The translations under genes were made by a program, and so were the position numbers. The notes under the pieces were generated by a model that did not search any database, was not told where the DNA came from, and was given only the letters and a program-made list of their open reading frames with translations. 64,000 nucleotides of DNA from the human T2T-CHM13v2.0 reference genome, Homo sapiens: assembly GCF_009914755.1 (NCBI RefSeq), contig NC_060927.1. The stretch is one strand, 5' to 3'. The stretch's first letter is position 1, and every line of letters begins with the position of its first letter. Shown piece after piece: positions 50,176-64,000 of the stretch.

Positions 50176-53100
50176 ACATTGAAAGCTCCTGTTCTACTTC
50201 TGAGTTTCTGTTCTAGAGAAATAACCTCATTTGTGCTCAAAGAAACATGTACAAGGATTTTCACTTAATGGCTACATTGCTTGCAATAGCAAGTATTAGA
50301 ACCATCCTAAGTGTCAGTAGGTGAATGGTTAGGCTATGATACATCATTAGCAGAATACTGTGAGGCAGTTGAAAAGAATGAGCTAAATTAAATCTAAACA
50401 TACAGATAGGTGAATTTTCAAGACATTTTAAAGCAGGAAAAATTTTGAAGAACAGTATAAACAGTATGGTTCCTACCTTTGTAAAAAAAAAATCACACAT
50501 ACACACAACTGTATATTTGTTTAGAAATACAGAAAAAGTAATATGGAAGGAAATAAGCTGACAACAAATATTCCTCTGGGAGAAGACTGGACAACAAAGA
50601 TTCCTCTAGGGAGAGGAAACTTTGCCTTTTGTTTAAATATTAATGAAATATACTCATTTTACAGATGAAATTTTTTAACTAAAAAAAGAAATTTCCCATA
50701 GCTCTTTGAAGGGAAAGAAATAATTTGAGGGAATTGAACAATAATAAAACCAAAAAAATCTCAATTAGTATGCAGTATTAGCAAGAACATATCAATGACA
50801 TCTAAACAGTTAATTATTTTGTAAGCTAATATGTGTCCTTGATGAGATTTCTGCAGGAAAATTTGTTTGGGCAGATATTTTTGCCTAAGGTGCTAGGTGT
50901 GTTTCCTTTAAATGTTTGTAATACTCAGTGTTAATTCAGAAACTTTAAGCTTTGGGCTGCTAACAAAATTATAGCAAAGAGAAGACTTTTGGAAGCAATA
51001 ATTATTTCAGATGACAGAAGCAGATTTATAGTAGATTCAGACTAACTTTTTTATATTAAACTTTTTATTTGGAGATAACTGTAAATTTACATGCAGTTTT
51101 AAGAAGTCACAGAGACTTTCTATGCCCTCTACCCGGTTTCTCTTATTACTGACATCTTGTAAAACTATATAGTATCACATCAGGATGTTGACATTGATAT
51201 AGTCAAGGTATAGAAAAATTTCATCATCAGGAGGATCCCTCCTGTTGCCCTTCAGAGTCACACTGCTTCCCTCCCATGCCCACCCTGCTCCATATCCCAC
51301 TGGTGACCACTAATCCACTCTACATTTCTAAAATTTTATCTTTTTAGGAACATTATCTAAATGGAATCAAACAGTATGTGATCTTTTGGAATTGCTTTTT
51401 TTCACTCAACATAATTATCTGGAGATTCATCCAGGTTGTTCCTTGTATTAATCTTTTTTTTTAAATTGCTCAATTGTATTCCATGACATGGATATACCAC
51501 AGTTTGTTTAACCATTCACGCTTTGAATGATCTGTACATTGTTTCTAGATTTTGAGTATTATGAATAAAGCTGCAATAAACATTGGTATACATGTTTTTG
51601 TTTGAACCTAAGTCTTCATATCTCTGGGATAAATGCCCAGTGTGCAATTGCTGGATCATATGGTAGTTGCATGTTTACTTTTTAAAGAAACTGCCAAACT
51701 GTTTTCTTGAGTAAATGTAGCATTTTACATACCCACCAGCAATGTATAAGTGATCCAGTTTCTCTGCATCCTCACCAGCATTTGGTGTTGTCACTGTTTT
51801 TAAAAATTTTTATTTTGAAATAATTATAGACTCGAAAGAAGTTGCAAAAATAATACAGAGAGGTCCCATGTACCCATCACCTAGTGTCCCCTAACGCTAA
51901 CGTCTTATATAATTGTATATTTCATTATCAAAACCAGGAAATTGACATTGGCAAATACAGTTGTTTAGACTACAGACCTTACTCACATTTCACCAGTTTT
52001 TGCATGAATTCATTTTTTGTAGCTTTATGCATCTTTAACACATTTATGTTTGTATAGCCACCATCACAAGCTACAGAACTCGTTTGTCACCACAAAGGAA
52101 CTCCTTTGAGTTACCTTTTTCATTTCTTTTTTAAAAACTGATATATAATATTTGTACATTTTTCTGAGGTACATATGATATTTTATATGCATAGAATAGT
52201 GTAATGATCAAGTCAGGGTATTTAGGGTATCCATCACCTTGAGTAATTATCACTTCACTATTTTTCATATTAGCCATTCTGATATGTGGTGGTAGCTTAT
52301 TACGGTTTTAATTTGCATTTCCCTGATGGCTAATGATGTTGAACATCTTTTCATGTGCTTATTTTTCTTCTATATATCTTCTTTGATGAGCTGTCCCTTC
52401 ATGTCTTTTGCCCATGTTCTAATTGGATTTTTTTAAACCGTCAAGTTTTGAGAATTTTTATATATTATAGATATTAGTCCTTTTTCAGATATGTGGTTTG
52501 CAAGTATTTCTTCTAGCCTATAGCTTGGCTTTTCATCCTCTAAAGAGCCTTTTTCAGAGCAAAAGTTTTAAATTTTGATAAGGTGCAATATATAAATATT
52601 TCCTTTTATTGATTGTGCTTTTGGTGTCAAATCTAAGAACTCTCTGCCTAGCACTAGATCCCGAAGGTTTTCTCCTACGCTTTTTCCAAGTTTTATAATT
52701 TTACATTAAATTTAAGTTCATGATCCATTCTGAGTCCATTTTTTAATAAGGCGTGAAACTTTGGTTTGGTTTTTTGTCTCTGAGTGTCTGGTTGCTTCAG
52801 CTACATTTGTTGAAAAAGTTATCTGTCCTTCCTCCTTTGAATTTCTTTTGCATCTTTGTCAAAAATTAGTTGGGCATATTTATGTGGGTCTGTTTCTGGG
52901 TTTATTTATTTTGTCCCACTGATCTATATGTCCATCCCCCTGCCTATACTATATAATCTTGATTTCTGTAGCTAAATAATAAGTCATGATATAGAGTAGA
53001 CTGATGCTTCCAACTTTTGTTCTTTTTCAAAATTGTTTTAGCTGTTCTAGTTTTGTTGCCACATTATGTAAATTTTACAATACTCTTGTCTATATCTACA

Positions 53101-56100
53101 AATATCTTCCTGAGATTTTGATAGGAATTTAATTAAACCTGTGTATCAATTTGAGGAGAACTGACATCTTTTCTAGATTAAGTCTTCCAATCCATGAACA
53201 CAGTACGTCTCTCTATTTATTTAGATCTTTGATTCTGCCATTAGGCTTTCAGCATACAAGTCCTATTAATATTTTATTAGATTTACATCTGAGTGTTCTT
53301 TTTAAACTATACATATTTTAATTGATACATCATAGTTTTACATATTTATAGGGTATATAATCATATAAACACATTGCGTAGTGATCAGATCAAGGTAATT
53401 AGCATATCCATCATCTCAAACATTTATCATTTCTTTGTGTTGGGCGCATTTATTATCCTCCTTTTAGTTATTTAAAACTATATAGTATTGTTGCCCATAG
53501 TTATCCTACAATGCTGTAGAGTGTTTATTTTTTAAGCGACTATCAATTGTATTTATTTTTTATTTTGGTGCCCACGTGTTCAGTGCTAACATGCAGACAT
53601 ACAAAAGATTTTTGAATACTTATCTTGTATCCTATGACCTTGCTGAGCTCACTTATTAGTTGTAAGAGGCTTTTTATAGATTCCCTGAAGTTCTTCACAT
53701 AGACAAACGTGTCATCAAATAAGAACACTTACATGTCTTCATTTCTGACTTGTATGCCTTTTATTTCTTTTTCTTGCTTTATTGCACTGACTAGAACTTT
53801 AGCAGTATGTCGAACAAGAGTAGTGAGAATGGACATCCTTGTCTTGGTCCCAGTCTTAGGGGGAAACCATTCAGTATTTTATCATTAGTATAATGTCAGC
53901 TGTAGGTTTTTTAATAGAAGTCTTTAACAGGTTGAGGAAGTAACCTTCTAATTCAATTTTTCTGAGAGTTTTTAATCAAGAATGAATGTTAACTTTTGTC
54001 TTATGCTTTTTCTGCAACAATTAGTCTAATCATGTGATTTTTCTCCTTTAGTCTGTTAATGCGATAGATTAAACTGATTTTTGAATATTGAACCAGACTT
54101 GCGTCCATGGAATGAACCTTACTTGGTTGTGGTGTATAATTCTTTCTATATATTGATGAATTCTATTTGCTAATATTTTGTTAAGGATTTTTTTGTCTGT
54201 AAGTGATGTTGGTCTGCAGTTTTCTTTTTTTGTGTTGTCTTTATCTGGTTTGGTATCAGTGTTACCTCTCTTTTGTATTCTGGAAGAGATTGTGTAGAAT
54301 TGGTGTGAATTTTCCAGTGAAATCATCTGGGCCTGGACGTTTTTTCGGAGGGATGGGGGTTGGGGGGAATTTTTAAACTACAGATTGAATTTTCTTAATA
54401 GTTATAGAGCTATTTAAATTATCTCTTTCAGATTGGGCAACTTGGGTAGTTTTTTGTTTTTCTGAGATTTGAGTCATTTCATCTAAGTTGTCAAATTTGT
54501 GTGTATAGAGCTATTCATAGCATTTTTCCCTTATTACCTTTTTGATGCCTGCAGAATCTGTAGTGTTATGCCCTGTTTCATTCCTGATGTTGACAATGTG
54601 TGTCCTCCATCTTATTTTTTGTGTGTCAATCTTGCTTGAGGTTTCTCAATTTTCTTATTCTTTACAAATAACCAGTTCTTTGTTGCATTGATTTTTAAAA
54701 TTGCTTCTGTTTTCAACTTTGTTGATTTCTGTTCTTATCTTTATTTCCTTACTTCCGCTTTATTTGGGTTTATTTTGCTCTTCTTTTTCTAGGTTCTTGA
54801 AGGGGCACTTAGATGAATGATTTGAGGCTTTCTCCCTTTCCTAATTTATGCATTTAGTGCTACAAGTTTCTCTCTCAACACTACCTTAGCTGTGTCCCAC
54901 GAATTTTGATATTTTGCAATTTTGGTTTTCATTCAGTTCAATACTTTTTAAAAATATACTTTATTTTTAAAAGCAGTTTTAGGTTCTCAGCCATATTGAG
55001 CAGAAAGCACAGAGAATTTCCATATATTCCCTGACTGCACAGATGCATAGCTCCCCATACTATCAACATCCCACACCAGAGTGGCCCATTTATTACAATT
55101 GATAAACCTGTGTTGACATGTCATTATCACCCAAGGTCCAAGAACATAAGGGTTCACTCCTGGGGTTTTATATTCTATGAGTTTGTACAAATGTATAATT
55201 ACATATACCTACCATTATAGTATTATACAGAATAATTTCATTGCCCTAAACATCCTCTGTGCTCCACTTATTCATCTCTCTCTCCCCTGCCCAATCCCTG
55301 GCAACCACTGATCTTTTTACTGTCACCATAGATTTGCCTTTTCTAGAACGTCATATACTTGGAATCATATAGTATGTAGCCATTTCAGATTTGCTTCCTT
55401 CACTTAGTAATATGCATTTTCATTTCCTCCATGTCTTTTCATGGCTTGTTAACTTATTTCTTTTTAATACTGATTAATATTTCATAGTCTGTATGTACCA
55501 CAGTTTATCCATTCACCTACTGAAGGGCATGTTGGTTGCTTCCAAGTTTTAGCCCTTATGAATAAAGCTACTATAAACATATGTGTGCAGGTCTTTGTGT
55601 AGATTTAAGTTTTCAGCTCTTTAGGGTAAATACCAAGGAACATGATTGCTGGTTTGTATGGTAAGAGTATTTTGTTGTTTTGTAAGAAACTGCCAAACTG
55701 TGTTCCAAAGTGGCCCTACCATCTTTAGCTTTCAGAAGTTTAGTTATGATATGTCTTGGCATGGATTTCTTTTAGCTTATTCTGTTTGCAGTTCATTCTG
55801 CTTCTTGGTTTATGTCTTTGCTAAACTGGGGGAGTTTTCAGGCATTATTTTCTTGAGTACTTTTTCAGCTCTGCTCTTTCTCTTCTCCTTCTGAGACTAT
55901 GATGACATAAATGTTAGATCTTTTGTTATAGTCCCACAGATTTATCCATACTGAGCTTTTTTGGTTTTCAGTCTTTTCTCCCCTATGTTGTTCAGTTGGG
56001 TAATTTCTGTTGTTCTGTCTTCAAATTTGTTGGGTTTTTTTCCTTATTTCTTCTAGTCTGTTATTGAGCACATCCACTGAGATTTTTATCTCAATTATTA

Positions 56101-56177
56101 TATTTTTTAGTTCTAAATTTTCCATTTGGTTTTTCTTTATATCTTCCTCTTCTCTGCTGAGACTATTTCTTTGCTGA

Positions 56178-56375
56178 GGCTCTGTCTCACCCAGGCTAGA
56201 GCGGAGTGCAGTGGTGTGATCATGGCTCACTGCAGCCTCAACCTCATGGACTCAAGTGATCCTCCCATCTCAGCCTCCTGAGTAGCTGCGACTACAGGCA
56301 CATGTTTTGTTTTGCCTGGCTTAATGTTTTGTATTTTTTGTAGAGTCGGGGGTCAGCCTATGTTACCCAGGCTTT
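56178..56375 (-). mobile_element. Partial old Alu (J/monomer-like)
   Basis: CATGGCTCACTGCAGCCTCAACC..GATCCTCCC motif. Confidence 0.8.
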
Positions 56376-56702
56376 AAACATGCTCCTAATTGTTTGTTGA
56401 AGCATTTTTTTAAAAATCATGGCTGCTTTAAAATCTTTATCAGATAAGTGTAGAATCTCTGTCATCCTGGTGTTGGGTTGGCATTTATTGTTTTTTTTCA
56501 TTCAGTTCGGGAAGTCCTTGTTCTTCGTATAATAAGCAAATTACAATTGAAACCTGGACATTTTTGTATTATGTTATGAGACTCTGGGTCTTATTTAAGC
56601 CTTCTGTTTTGGTTGGTTTTCTCTGACATGCCCCCATCAGGAAAGAAGCACTGCCTTGTTAATGTCAGGTGGAGTGGATGTCAAGTCTTCCTACTTAGGC
56701 TC

Positions 56703-57035
56703 TTTTTTTTTTTTTTTTTTTTAAATTCTTTTATCTTTTTTTTTTTTTTTTTTTTTTGAGACTGAGTCACTCTGTTGCCCAGGCTGGAGTGAAGTGGTGC
56801 AATCTCAGCTAACTGCAACCTCCACCTCCCAGATTCAAGTGATTCTCCTGCCTAAGCCTCCTGAGTAGCTGGGACTACAAGTGCCTGCCAGCATGCCCAG
56901 CTAATTTTTGTATTTTTAGTAGAGGTGGGGTTTCACCACGTTGGCCAGGATGGTCTCAATCTCTTGACCTCCTGATCTGCCCGCCCTGGCCTCCCAAAGT
57001 GCTGGGATTATAGGCATGAGCCACCGTGCCCAGCC
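56703..57035 (-). mobile_element. Alu (S-type) with split poly-T tail
   Basis: Reverse dimer. Confidence 0.94.
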
Positions 57036-58598
57036 CCCACTTTGCCTCTTTTGACCTGCTGCTGGGCAGGAAGAGAGTTCGGCTTCTGTGTGGTCTCTAC
57101 TGTACTGCAATGGGAGTGTTCATTACCACTGGCTGTGAGTGAAAGCCCTGACTTCCTGTGCCTCCTCTGACACCACCTCAATGGGAAGGGGAGCACCTCA
57201 TTACTGCTGGATAGGAGTAGAAGTCCAAGGTGGCCATGTGGTCTCCACTGACCACTGGGAGAAGAGGGAGCTCATTACCAGCTTTCAGGGATGAGCTTCA
57301 TATTTGGCCACCTTTACCACCACTCCAGCATGGGTGGTAGGATGCCTCATTACACCCTATGAGGGTGGAATTCTAGGTAGCCATTAGGTTTTCTCTGGCA
57401 TGAGTAGGTGTGTGGCGGAAGGGATGGGGGTGATATTAGGCTATAGTAGAGCAGTTTTGTCTGAAAGATTTCTGTCTTGCTAGACTGCCCCTTTTCTGGT
57501 CCTTTGGTTACAGAGAGTAGGCTTTTATTGGGTCTCTTCGTCTGCAACTGTCGGTTTTCTCCCATAGCCAGCTTCTTTACCTCCAAGTCTAGGATCTGTC
57601 TACCAGGCAAAAAGAAAACCCAGGGAAATCACCACCCTATTGTTCTTTAGGATTCAAGGTCCCTAGCTGATCTGCTTTCTTCTTTCCATCTTTCACAGTC
57701 TTTTGATGTTTATTTTATATATAATGTCCAGGATTTTCAGTTGTACTTAGTGGCAAACAGGAAGACGTATGTCTACTCCATCTTCTTGGAGGCAGAAGTC
57801 CCCTGATTTTTAGACCTACCCAAATTAAGTATTTTAAGGAAGACTAGAATTAGAAAGTTGTCATTTTAAAGGTTTATTTCAATATTATGCTAATGACTGA
57901 TGTAAAAGTCAAATTCAGTTAGTGCTTTGAAAATCTTAATTGTCCATTGAAAAGAGAAAAGATAATTCACTGTGAAATCAAGTCTAGATCAGTAGGGCAT
58001 CAGTGACAACTGTGATTTAAGCAACCTTAATGAGATGCATTCATAAACTTTGGTCTTAATATCAAAATTTTAGCTTCAAGTTCATGAGTGTCCTAACTTA
58101 AATGTATTTTAAATCTAATATTCTGTTTGATTAGCAAGCATGTTTAACCTGATAGCTTTCACTTTGTTTCTCAGTTAAGGAAGCATCCATTTAAGTAAAC
58201 AGAAATGTCTTCTTGGGGCAAACACAAAGGACCTTATATCTGGATTTAGCACTCATGGTGCGTAGACAGGGCTTGCTGGCCAGTGACTAGAAGAGTTTGC
58301 TTCCAGTCTGGGCTACCCTGAAAGTAGGTCTTTGGGCTCTAGAAACTTGCCCCAAGCTGTACTTAACTGTAGCATCCCAGGTTGGGGAAGAACCCCATTT
58401 GGCATGGCAGCACTGGGTGTTCAGAAGGGACCACACCACTTCAAGTTTAATTCTGAAGTAAATGGCTTTTTCCCTTTTGGTGATGTTAAGGGTGTGGATT
58501 GAGGGGGTACATAAAAGTGCCAGTGGGTTCACCAGGCTGTTCAGCTAGGAGTTGGCCATGGTCAGGAAATGCTCTGGCCATAAATGAGTCTAGATTTA

Positions 58599-59068
<470 letters not shown>

Positions 59069-60124
59069 TTACTTTGCAGATTTGAAATCTTGACTTACCA
59101 GACATTTAAAGTTCAGTATTTTAATGACCTATCTTTCTCTTAAAAATCCACTACCTTTAAATAATTCTTCCCTTTAATTTCTTAACATATATTTTCCTAT
59201 ATTTAAAAAATGGGGATGCATATTCAGTGCTTTATTTGAAATAAAACTAAGCAAATACTTGTCTTTATGGCTCTGAAATAATATCAAATAATGGAGCAAA
59301 GTCTCAGGAACTGTTTGTAGCACTGGGTTGGGATGTGGACATTTTTGTATTTGAGATCAGGTCTGGAAACACTGGTGGTATAGTCCTCTGAAACCAGGAC
59401 CTAATAAGCAGTGGCCTTTCTGGATGCTAGAGATTATGTAATCACCTAAGTAATAGCTCATTTTGATTCTGAGTAACTGCTTCTAGTTAAAAACTGAAAA
59501 GCTTTCTTTGTAATTATAATTTATATTAAGGCTATTTGCCAAAATGTTTTAAAATCCTGGTATTTAAAGCACTTTAAAAATTGAAGAGAAGCAGCTTAAT
59601 ATTTGATGACTGATGCTGTTCTTACCTTTCAAAATCAGTATTTAAGCTTTCAGTGTTTCAGGCTGTCTTGAACAGACTGCACTGCCTTGTCAACATGGCT
59701 TGAATAAATGTAGCCTTTTAGTACCAATAAGAATTCATACTGTACTTTAAACTGTATGTAATCTTTCTCTCTGTATTCTGATCAAGATTTAGCTCTTATG
59801 CTTAGCCTATCACACATTTGTTCTAAGTATCTGGCTCCCTTATGTACAAGTCAGAAACCATTGACTTTAATTCCAAAGACTTCAGTTAGAGTCATATTTT
59901 ATTTTCTCTTTTTGAGGATATAGCTGAACATATTCATTTTTGTTTTAGTTAGAATTATACATTTCATAGCAATCGTGAAATAAGTATAAAATTTGAGTTG
60001 CTATTAATTCTAATGTATGAGCACTTATTGGTAAGCGTTAGTTTTTATACTCTGTAGTAGACCTTGTATCACTACATAGGCCTGTCTTCTGTCCTTGAAT
60101 TTTTTTAAGTTTAATTTTTTATTG

Positions 60125-60420
60125 ACTGGGTGTGGTGGCTCACACCTGTAATCCCAGCACTTTAGGAGGCTGAGGTGGGAGGATCACTGGGGCCCAGGAG
60201 TTAGAGACCAGCCTGGAAAACATAGTGGGACCCCATCTGTACAAAAAATAAAAATAAATTAACAGGGCGTGGTGGTGCACACCTGTGGTCTCACCACTTT
60301 AGGAGGATGAGGCGGAGGATTGCTTGAGCCTGGGAGGTGGAGGCTGTAGTGAGCCATCATTGCACAACTGCACTCCAGCCTGAGTGACAGAGCAAGACCG
60401 TGTCTCATTAAAAAAAAAAT
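60125..60420 (+). mobile_element. Alu (J-type)
   Basis: Diverged dimer with an A-tail. Confidence 0.9.
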
Positions 60421-60996
60421 TAAGGTAAATTTGCATACTGTAAAAATTACTCTTTTTCATGTAACCCAGGTTAAAAAGTTTCAAGAGTTTTGGCAAACTC
60501 ATACAGCTGTATAACCACTACCACAATCAAGATAGAGAGTATTTCCATCACCCCCAAAATATTATCTGTGGTGGTACCATTTTGACTCCCACCAGCAATG
60601 TATGATACTTCTAGTTGATGTGCATCCTTGTCAGCACTTGATATTGTCAGTTTTTAAATTTTAGCCATTATAGTGGGTATTTAGTGGTATCTCATCATAG
60701 TTTCATTTTGTGTTTCCTAAATCTCTGATGATGCTGAACTTCTTTTTATGTGTTTATTTGCTGTCCAAATAACTTCCTTGGTGAAGTGTTCAAACTGCTG
60801 CCATTTTTTAAAAACTGAATTGTTTGAGTGCTTATTATTGTGGGTTTTTAATGTAATTCTGTTTACAAGTACTTTGTTGAATATGTGTTTTGCAAATGTT
60901 TTTCCCAGTCTATGGTTTATATTTTTATCGTCTTAGTAATGTCTTTTTTTTTTCAGAAATTCTTATTATGATAAAATACATATAACATTAAATTTA

Positions 60997-61285
60997 GCAG
61001 TGGCTCACACCTGTAATCCCAGCACTTTGGGAGGCTGAGGCGGGTGGATCACGAGGTCAGGAGTTCAAGACCAGCCTGACTAACATGGTGAAACCCCGTC
61101 TCTACTAAAAATACAAAAATTAGCCAGGTGTGGTGGTGCACGCCTGTAATCCCAGCTACTCAGGAGGTTGAGGAAGGAGAATCGCTTGAACCCAGGAGGC
61201 AAAGGTTGCAGTGAACCGAGATTGCGCCTCTGCACTCCATCCTGGGTGACACAGTGAGACTCTGTCTCAAAAAAAAAAAAAAAAA
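60997..61285 (+). mobile_element. Alu (Sg-like), slightly 5' truncated
   Basis: GATCACGAGGTCAGGAGTTCAAGACC and poly-A. Confidence 0.93.
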
Positions 61286-61819
61286 TTGATCGTCTTAACT
61301 ACTTTTAAGTATACAATTCATTAGTATTAAGTACATTCATATTGCTGTGCAGCTATCACCACCATCCATCTCCAGAACTCTTTTCATATTGCAAAAACGA
61401 AACTATTCATTAAACAATAACTCCCCATTCCCTCCTTGCCCTGACAACCACCATTCTGCTTTCTGTCTCTGTGAATTTGTCTACTCCAGCTGCCTCATAT
61501 AAGTGGAATCATACAGTATTTTTTTGTGATAGGCTTACTTCACTTAGCATACTGCCCTCAAGGTTCATCCATGTTGTATCATGTGTTAGAATTATCTTCC
61601 TTTTTAAGGCTGAATAGTGGTCCATTGTGTATGTATGCCACCTTTGCCTATCCATTCATTGGTTGATGGACACTTGTGTCACTTCCATGTTTTCGTGATT
61701 GTGAATTATACTCATATGAACACAGGTGTTTGAGTCTCTGCTTTCAGTTCTTTGGTATATATACAGAAGTAGAATTGCTGGATATGGTCATTCTATTTGT
61801 ACTGTTTTGAGTAACTTCC

Positions 61820-62174
61820 TGTATTAGTCTGTTTTGCATTGCTATAAAGAAACACATTTTATTTGGCTTGTGGTTCTGCGGGCAGTACAGGCATGGCACC
61901 GACATCTGCTTGGCTTCTGCTGTAGCCTCAGGAAGCTTATAGTCGTGGCAGAAGGCAAAGAGGGACGGCAAGAGAGGAAGCAAGAGAGAGAGCGAGGAGG
62001 TCTCAGACTCTCTTTAATAATCAGATCTCCTGATAACTCATTTCCATGGGGAGGGCACCATTCATGAGGGATCCGCTCCCATGACCCAAACAGCTCCCAC
62101 CGGGCCCCACTGTCAACACTGAGGATCACATTTCAACATGAAATGTGGAGGGGACAGACATCCAAACTATATCA
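61820..62174 (-). mobile_element. MST-family (MaLR) solo LTR
   Basis: TGTATTAGTCTGTTTTGCATTGCTATAAAG...CATCCAAACTATATCA. 5-bp TSD CTTCC/CCTCC (one mismatch). Confidence 0.85.
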
Positions 62175-63879
62175 CCTCCATACTGTTTTCCACAGCATTC
62201 CCACCAACAGTGCACAGGGGTTTCAGTGTCTCCACATCCTCATCACACTTGTTATCTTCTGTTTTTGTTTGTTTGTTTGTTTGTTTTTTATAGTAGCCAT
62301 TCTCATGAGTGTGAGGTATTAACAGTGTCTTTTGAAGATCAGAAATTTCTAATTTGATGAAGTCCAGTTTATCATTTTTTTTCTTTTCTGGATCATACTT
62401 ATGGTGTCATACCTGAGAAATCTTTGTGAACCCAAGGTTACAAAGATTTTCTCCTGTGTTTTCTCTAGAAGCTTTTTTGAGGGAGGAAAGGGAGGTTTCT
62501 ATTTTGGATTAGCTTTTGGATAAAGTAAAAGGCATGGATTAAAGTTTATTTGCATACGTGGATGTCCAGTTGTTTCTGCATCATTTATTGAAAAGACCAT
62601 CCTTTCTTCATTGTTTTGCCTTTGAACCTTTATTAAAAATCAATGACTATATATATGTGTGGGCCTATTTCTGGATTCTAATCTCTCCTTAAATTTTGAT
62701 CGCTTTCCTTACTGTGAAGCAGTGTTAAACTTAGGATAGTACCAGCTTTCCCTCAGAAGTAAATTTTTGGTCATGATTTAAACAGAAGAGAAGATGAAAG
62801 CGTTGGACAATCTGTCAGAGCAGATTTATTCTACATTTTGCAATTAGGGGGACTCTGAAAGGCAAGATGTAGGACTTTCTTCACTCTTTATTTTAGTCAC
62901 TTACCCAAACAGATTTTGTATCGTGTATCTTTTTTTCAGGTTTAAAATTGGGGCTGAGAATTTCTTCTAATACTGAGTATACTTATACAGAAAGTTAATA
63001 CAAAAGCATAAGATAAGATAAATAAGCATTTGAGTTTAAACTGTAATTATGCAATAGTATAAAAATGATGACTGTCTTAATAGGGTGTCTAAGAGAATAA
63101 GGGAGTTGCATGTCACTAAAACAAAAATAAATGTACTGAAGCCCCAGCTCTGCAGAGAGGGCCTAGGGTCTTGAGGGTGTGTGGGACACCTTTCTGGCCA
63201 TCCAGAAAAAATCTACAGAAAACAAAGAAGTGGTTACACTACCCAAAACAAAAGGGAAGAGCCAAGCTTTTTCTCTAAGTGGCTTGAGTTCTATCACCAC
63301 CAGGTAAATAAATCAGGTGAAACTTTCCTAAGAGTGAAGTCTTCATTCAGGAAGTATAACCCAGTTCATATAGAGATCACAATTCTGATGGCCAACAATT
63401 TCAAGACATCACTTAGAAAATAATGTAGAGATGGCCAGAGTCCCAGAGTTGGCCAAAGACTGGACAAGTGGCTAACATCCTTTTCTACCTATCTGCCTGT
63501 CTCATCAGGGCTCTCATTCCAGACAACCTCCAAGGGGCTGCTGAATGTAAATTTCTAAAGCACAGCTCTGAAATGTTGGATTAAAGATGTTTCTCAGTGA
63601 CCCCCAAAACATGAGTTTCACAGCATGTAACCCTTCATAGTCTGGCCAAAGGCCACCTTTTGAGCCTCCTATGCGGGATTCTCCTTCTGTGCCACTTGTT
63701 GAGCCTAAACACCATTTTTTCACTTCACTGTACACTGTACATATACTGGTTCCTCTTACTGAGATGGCTTTTCCCTCATGTACCTGATAGGTGCTTAGTT
63801 TTCCTCTGAGATCCCCTCAAGTGTCACCTTCTCTTGACACCTTCCTGCAGTGCTTGTGCAGGATGCAGCAAATAGAGTA

Positions 63880-64000
63880 TAAGGATGTGGGCTTGGATTT
63901 GAATCCCAGCTATATCACTTAAGAGTTATGTGAACTCTGACAAGTTATTTAATCTCTCTGAGCCTTGATTTCATGGTAGTGAATACCTTATAGGGTTAAT
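63880..64000 (+). mobile_element. MIR
   Basis: GGATTTGAATCCCAGCT...ACAAGTTATTTAATCTCTCTGAGCCT. Confidence 0.75.

Larger units (their letters stand above)
51045..57805 (-). mobile_element. Cluster of nested antisense L1M (MB/MC-type) fragments
   Basis: L1 3'UTR and ORF2-like antisense sequence. ORF 54069-54326(-) gives [23 protein letters not shown], an RT-region remnant. Confidence 0.8.
60425..62690 (-). mobile_element. Antisense L1M fragments with nested Alu and MST LTR
   Basis: L1 3'UTR-like sequence (GGAATCATACAGTAT..TTCACTTAGCAT). Confidence 0.75.

Overview
This is primate, most likely human, genomic DNA from the ITGA9-CTDSPL locus (3p22.2), not microbial sequence. The + strand carries the last coding exon of ITGA9 (3049-3147, integrin alpha-9 cytoplasmic tail) and a probable ~4.5 kb 3'UTR ending near AATAAA 7644. 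About 38 kb of repeat-dense intergenic DNA follows, with many Alus, MaLR/ERVL/MER41 LTRs, a Tigger-family element, and a near-full-length but dead L1PA nested in an older L1M. A large CpG island (~44.6-46.6 kb) contains CTDSPL exon 1 (CDS 46363-46441) and probably the divergent start of the antisense lncRNA ITGA9-AS1. The rest of the window is CTDSPL intron 1. I found no new protein-coding gene or new genetic system: apart from the two real exons and the CTDSPL uORF candidate, the ORF-track entries are repeat-derived, GC-composition artefacts or short ORFs without coding support. The best leads are regulatory. They are a perfect nested AT-rich palindrome with four D-box motifs in CTDSPL intron 1, a MER41 solo LTR with tandem STAT (GAS) sites just 3' of ITGA9, an overlapping uORF over the CTDSPL start, a near-consensus CTCF site, and candidate antisense exons. 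Repeat boundaries and subfamily names were assigned by eye and are approximate.
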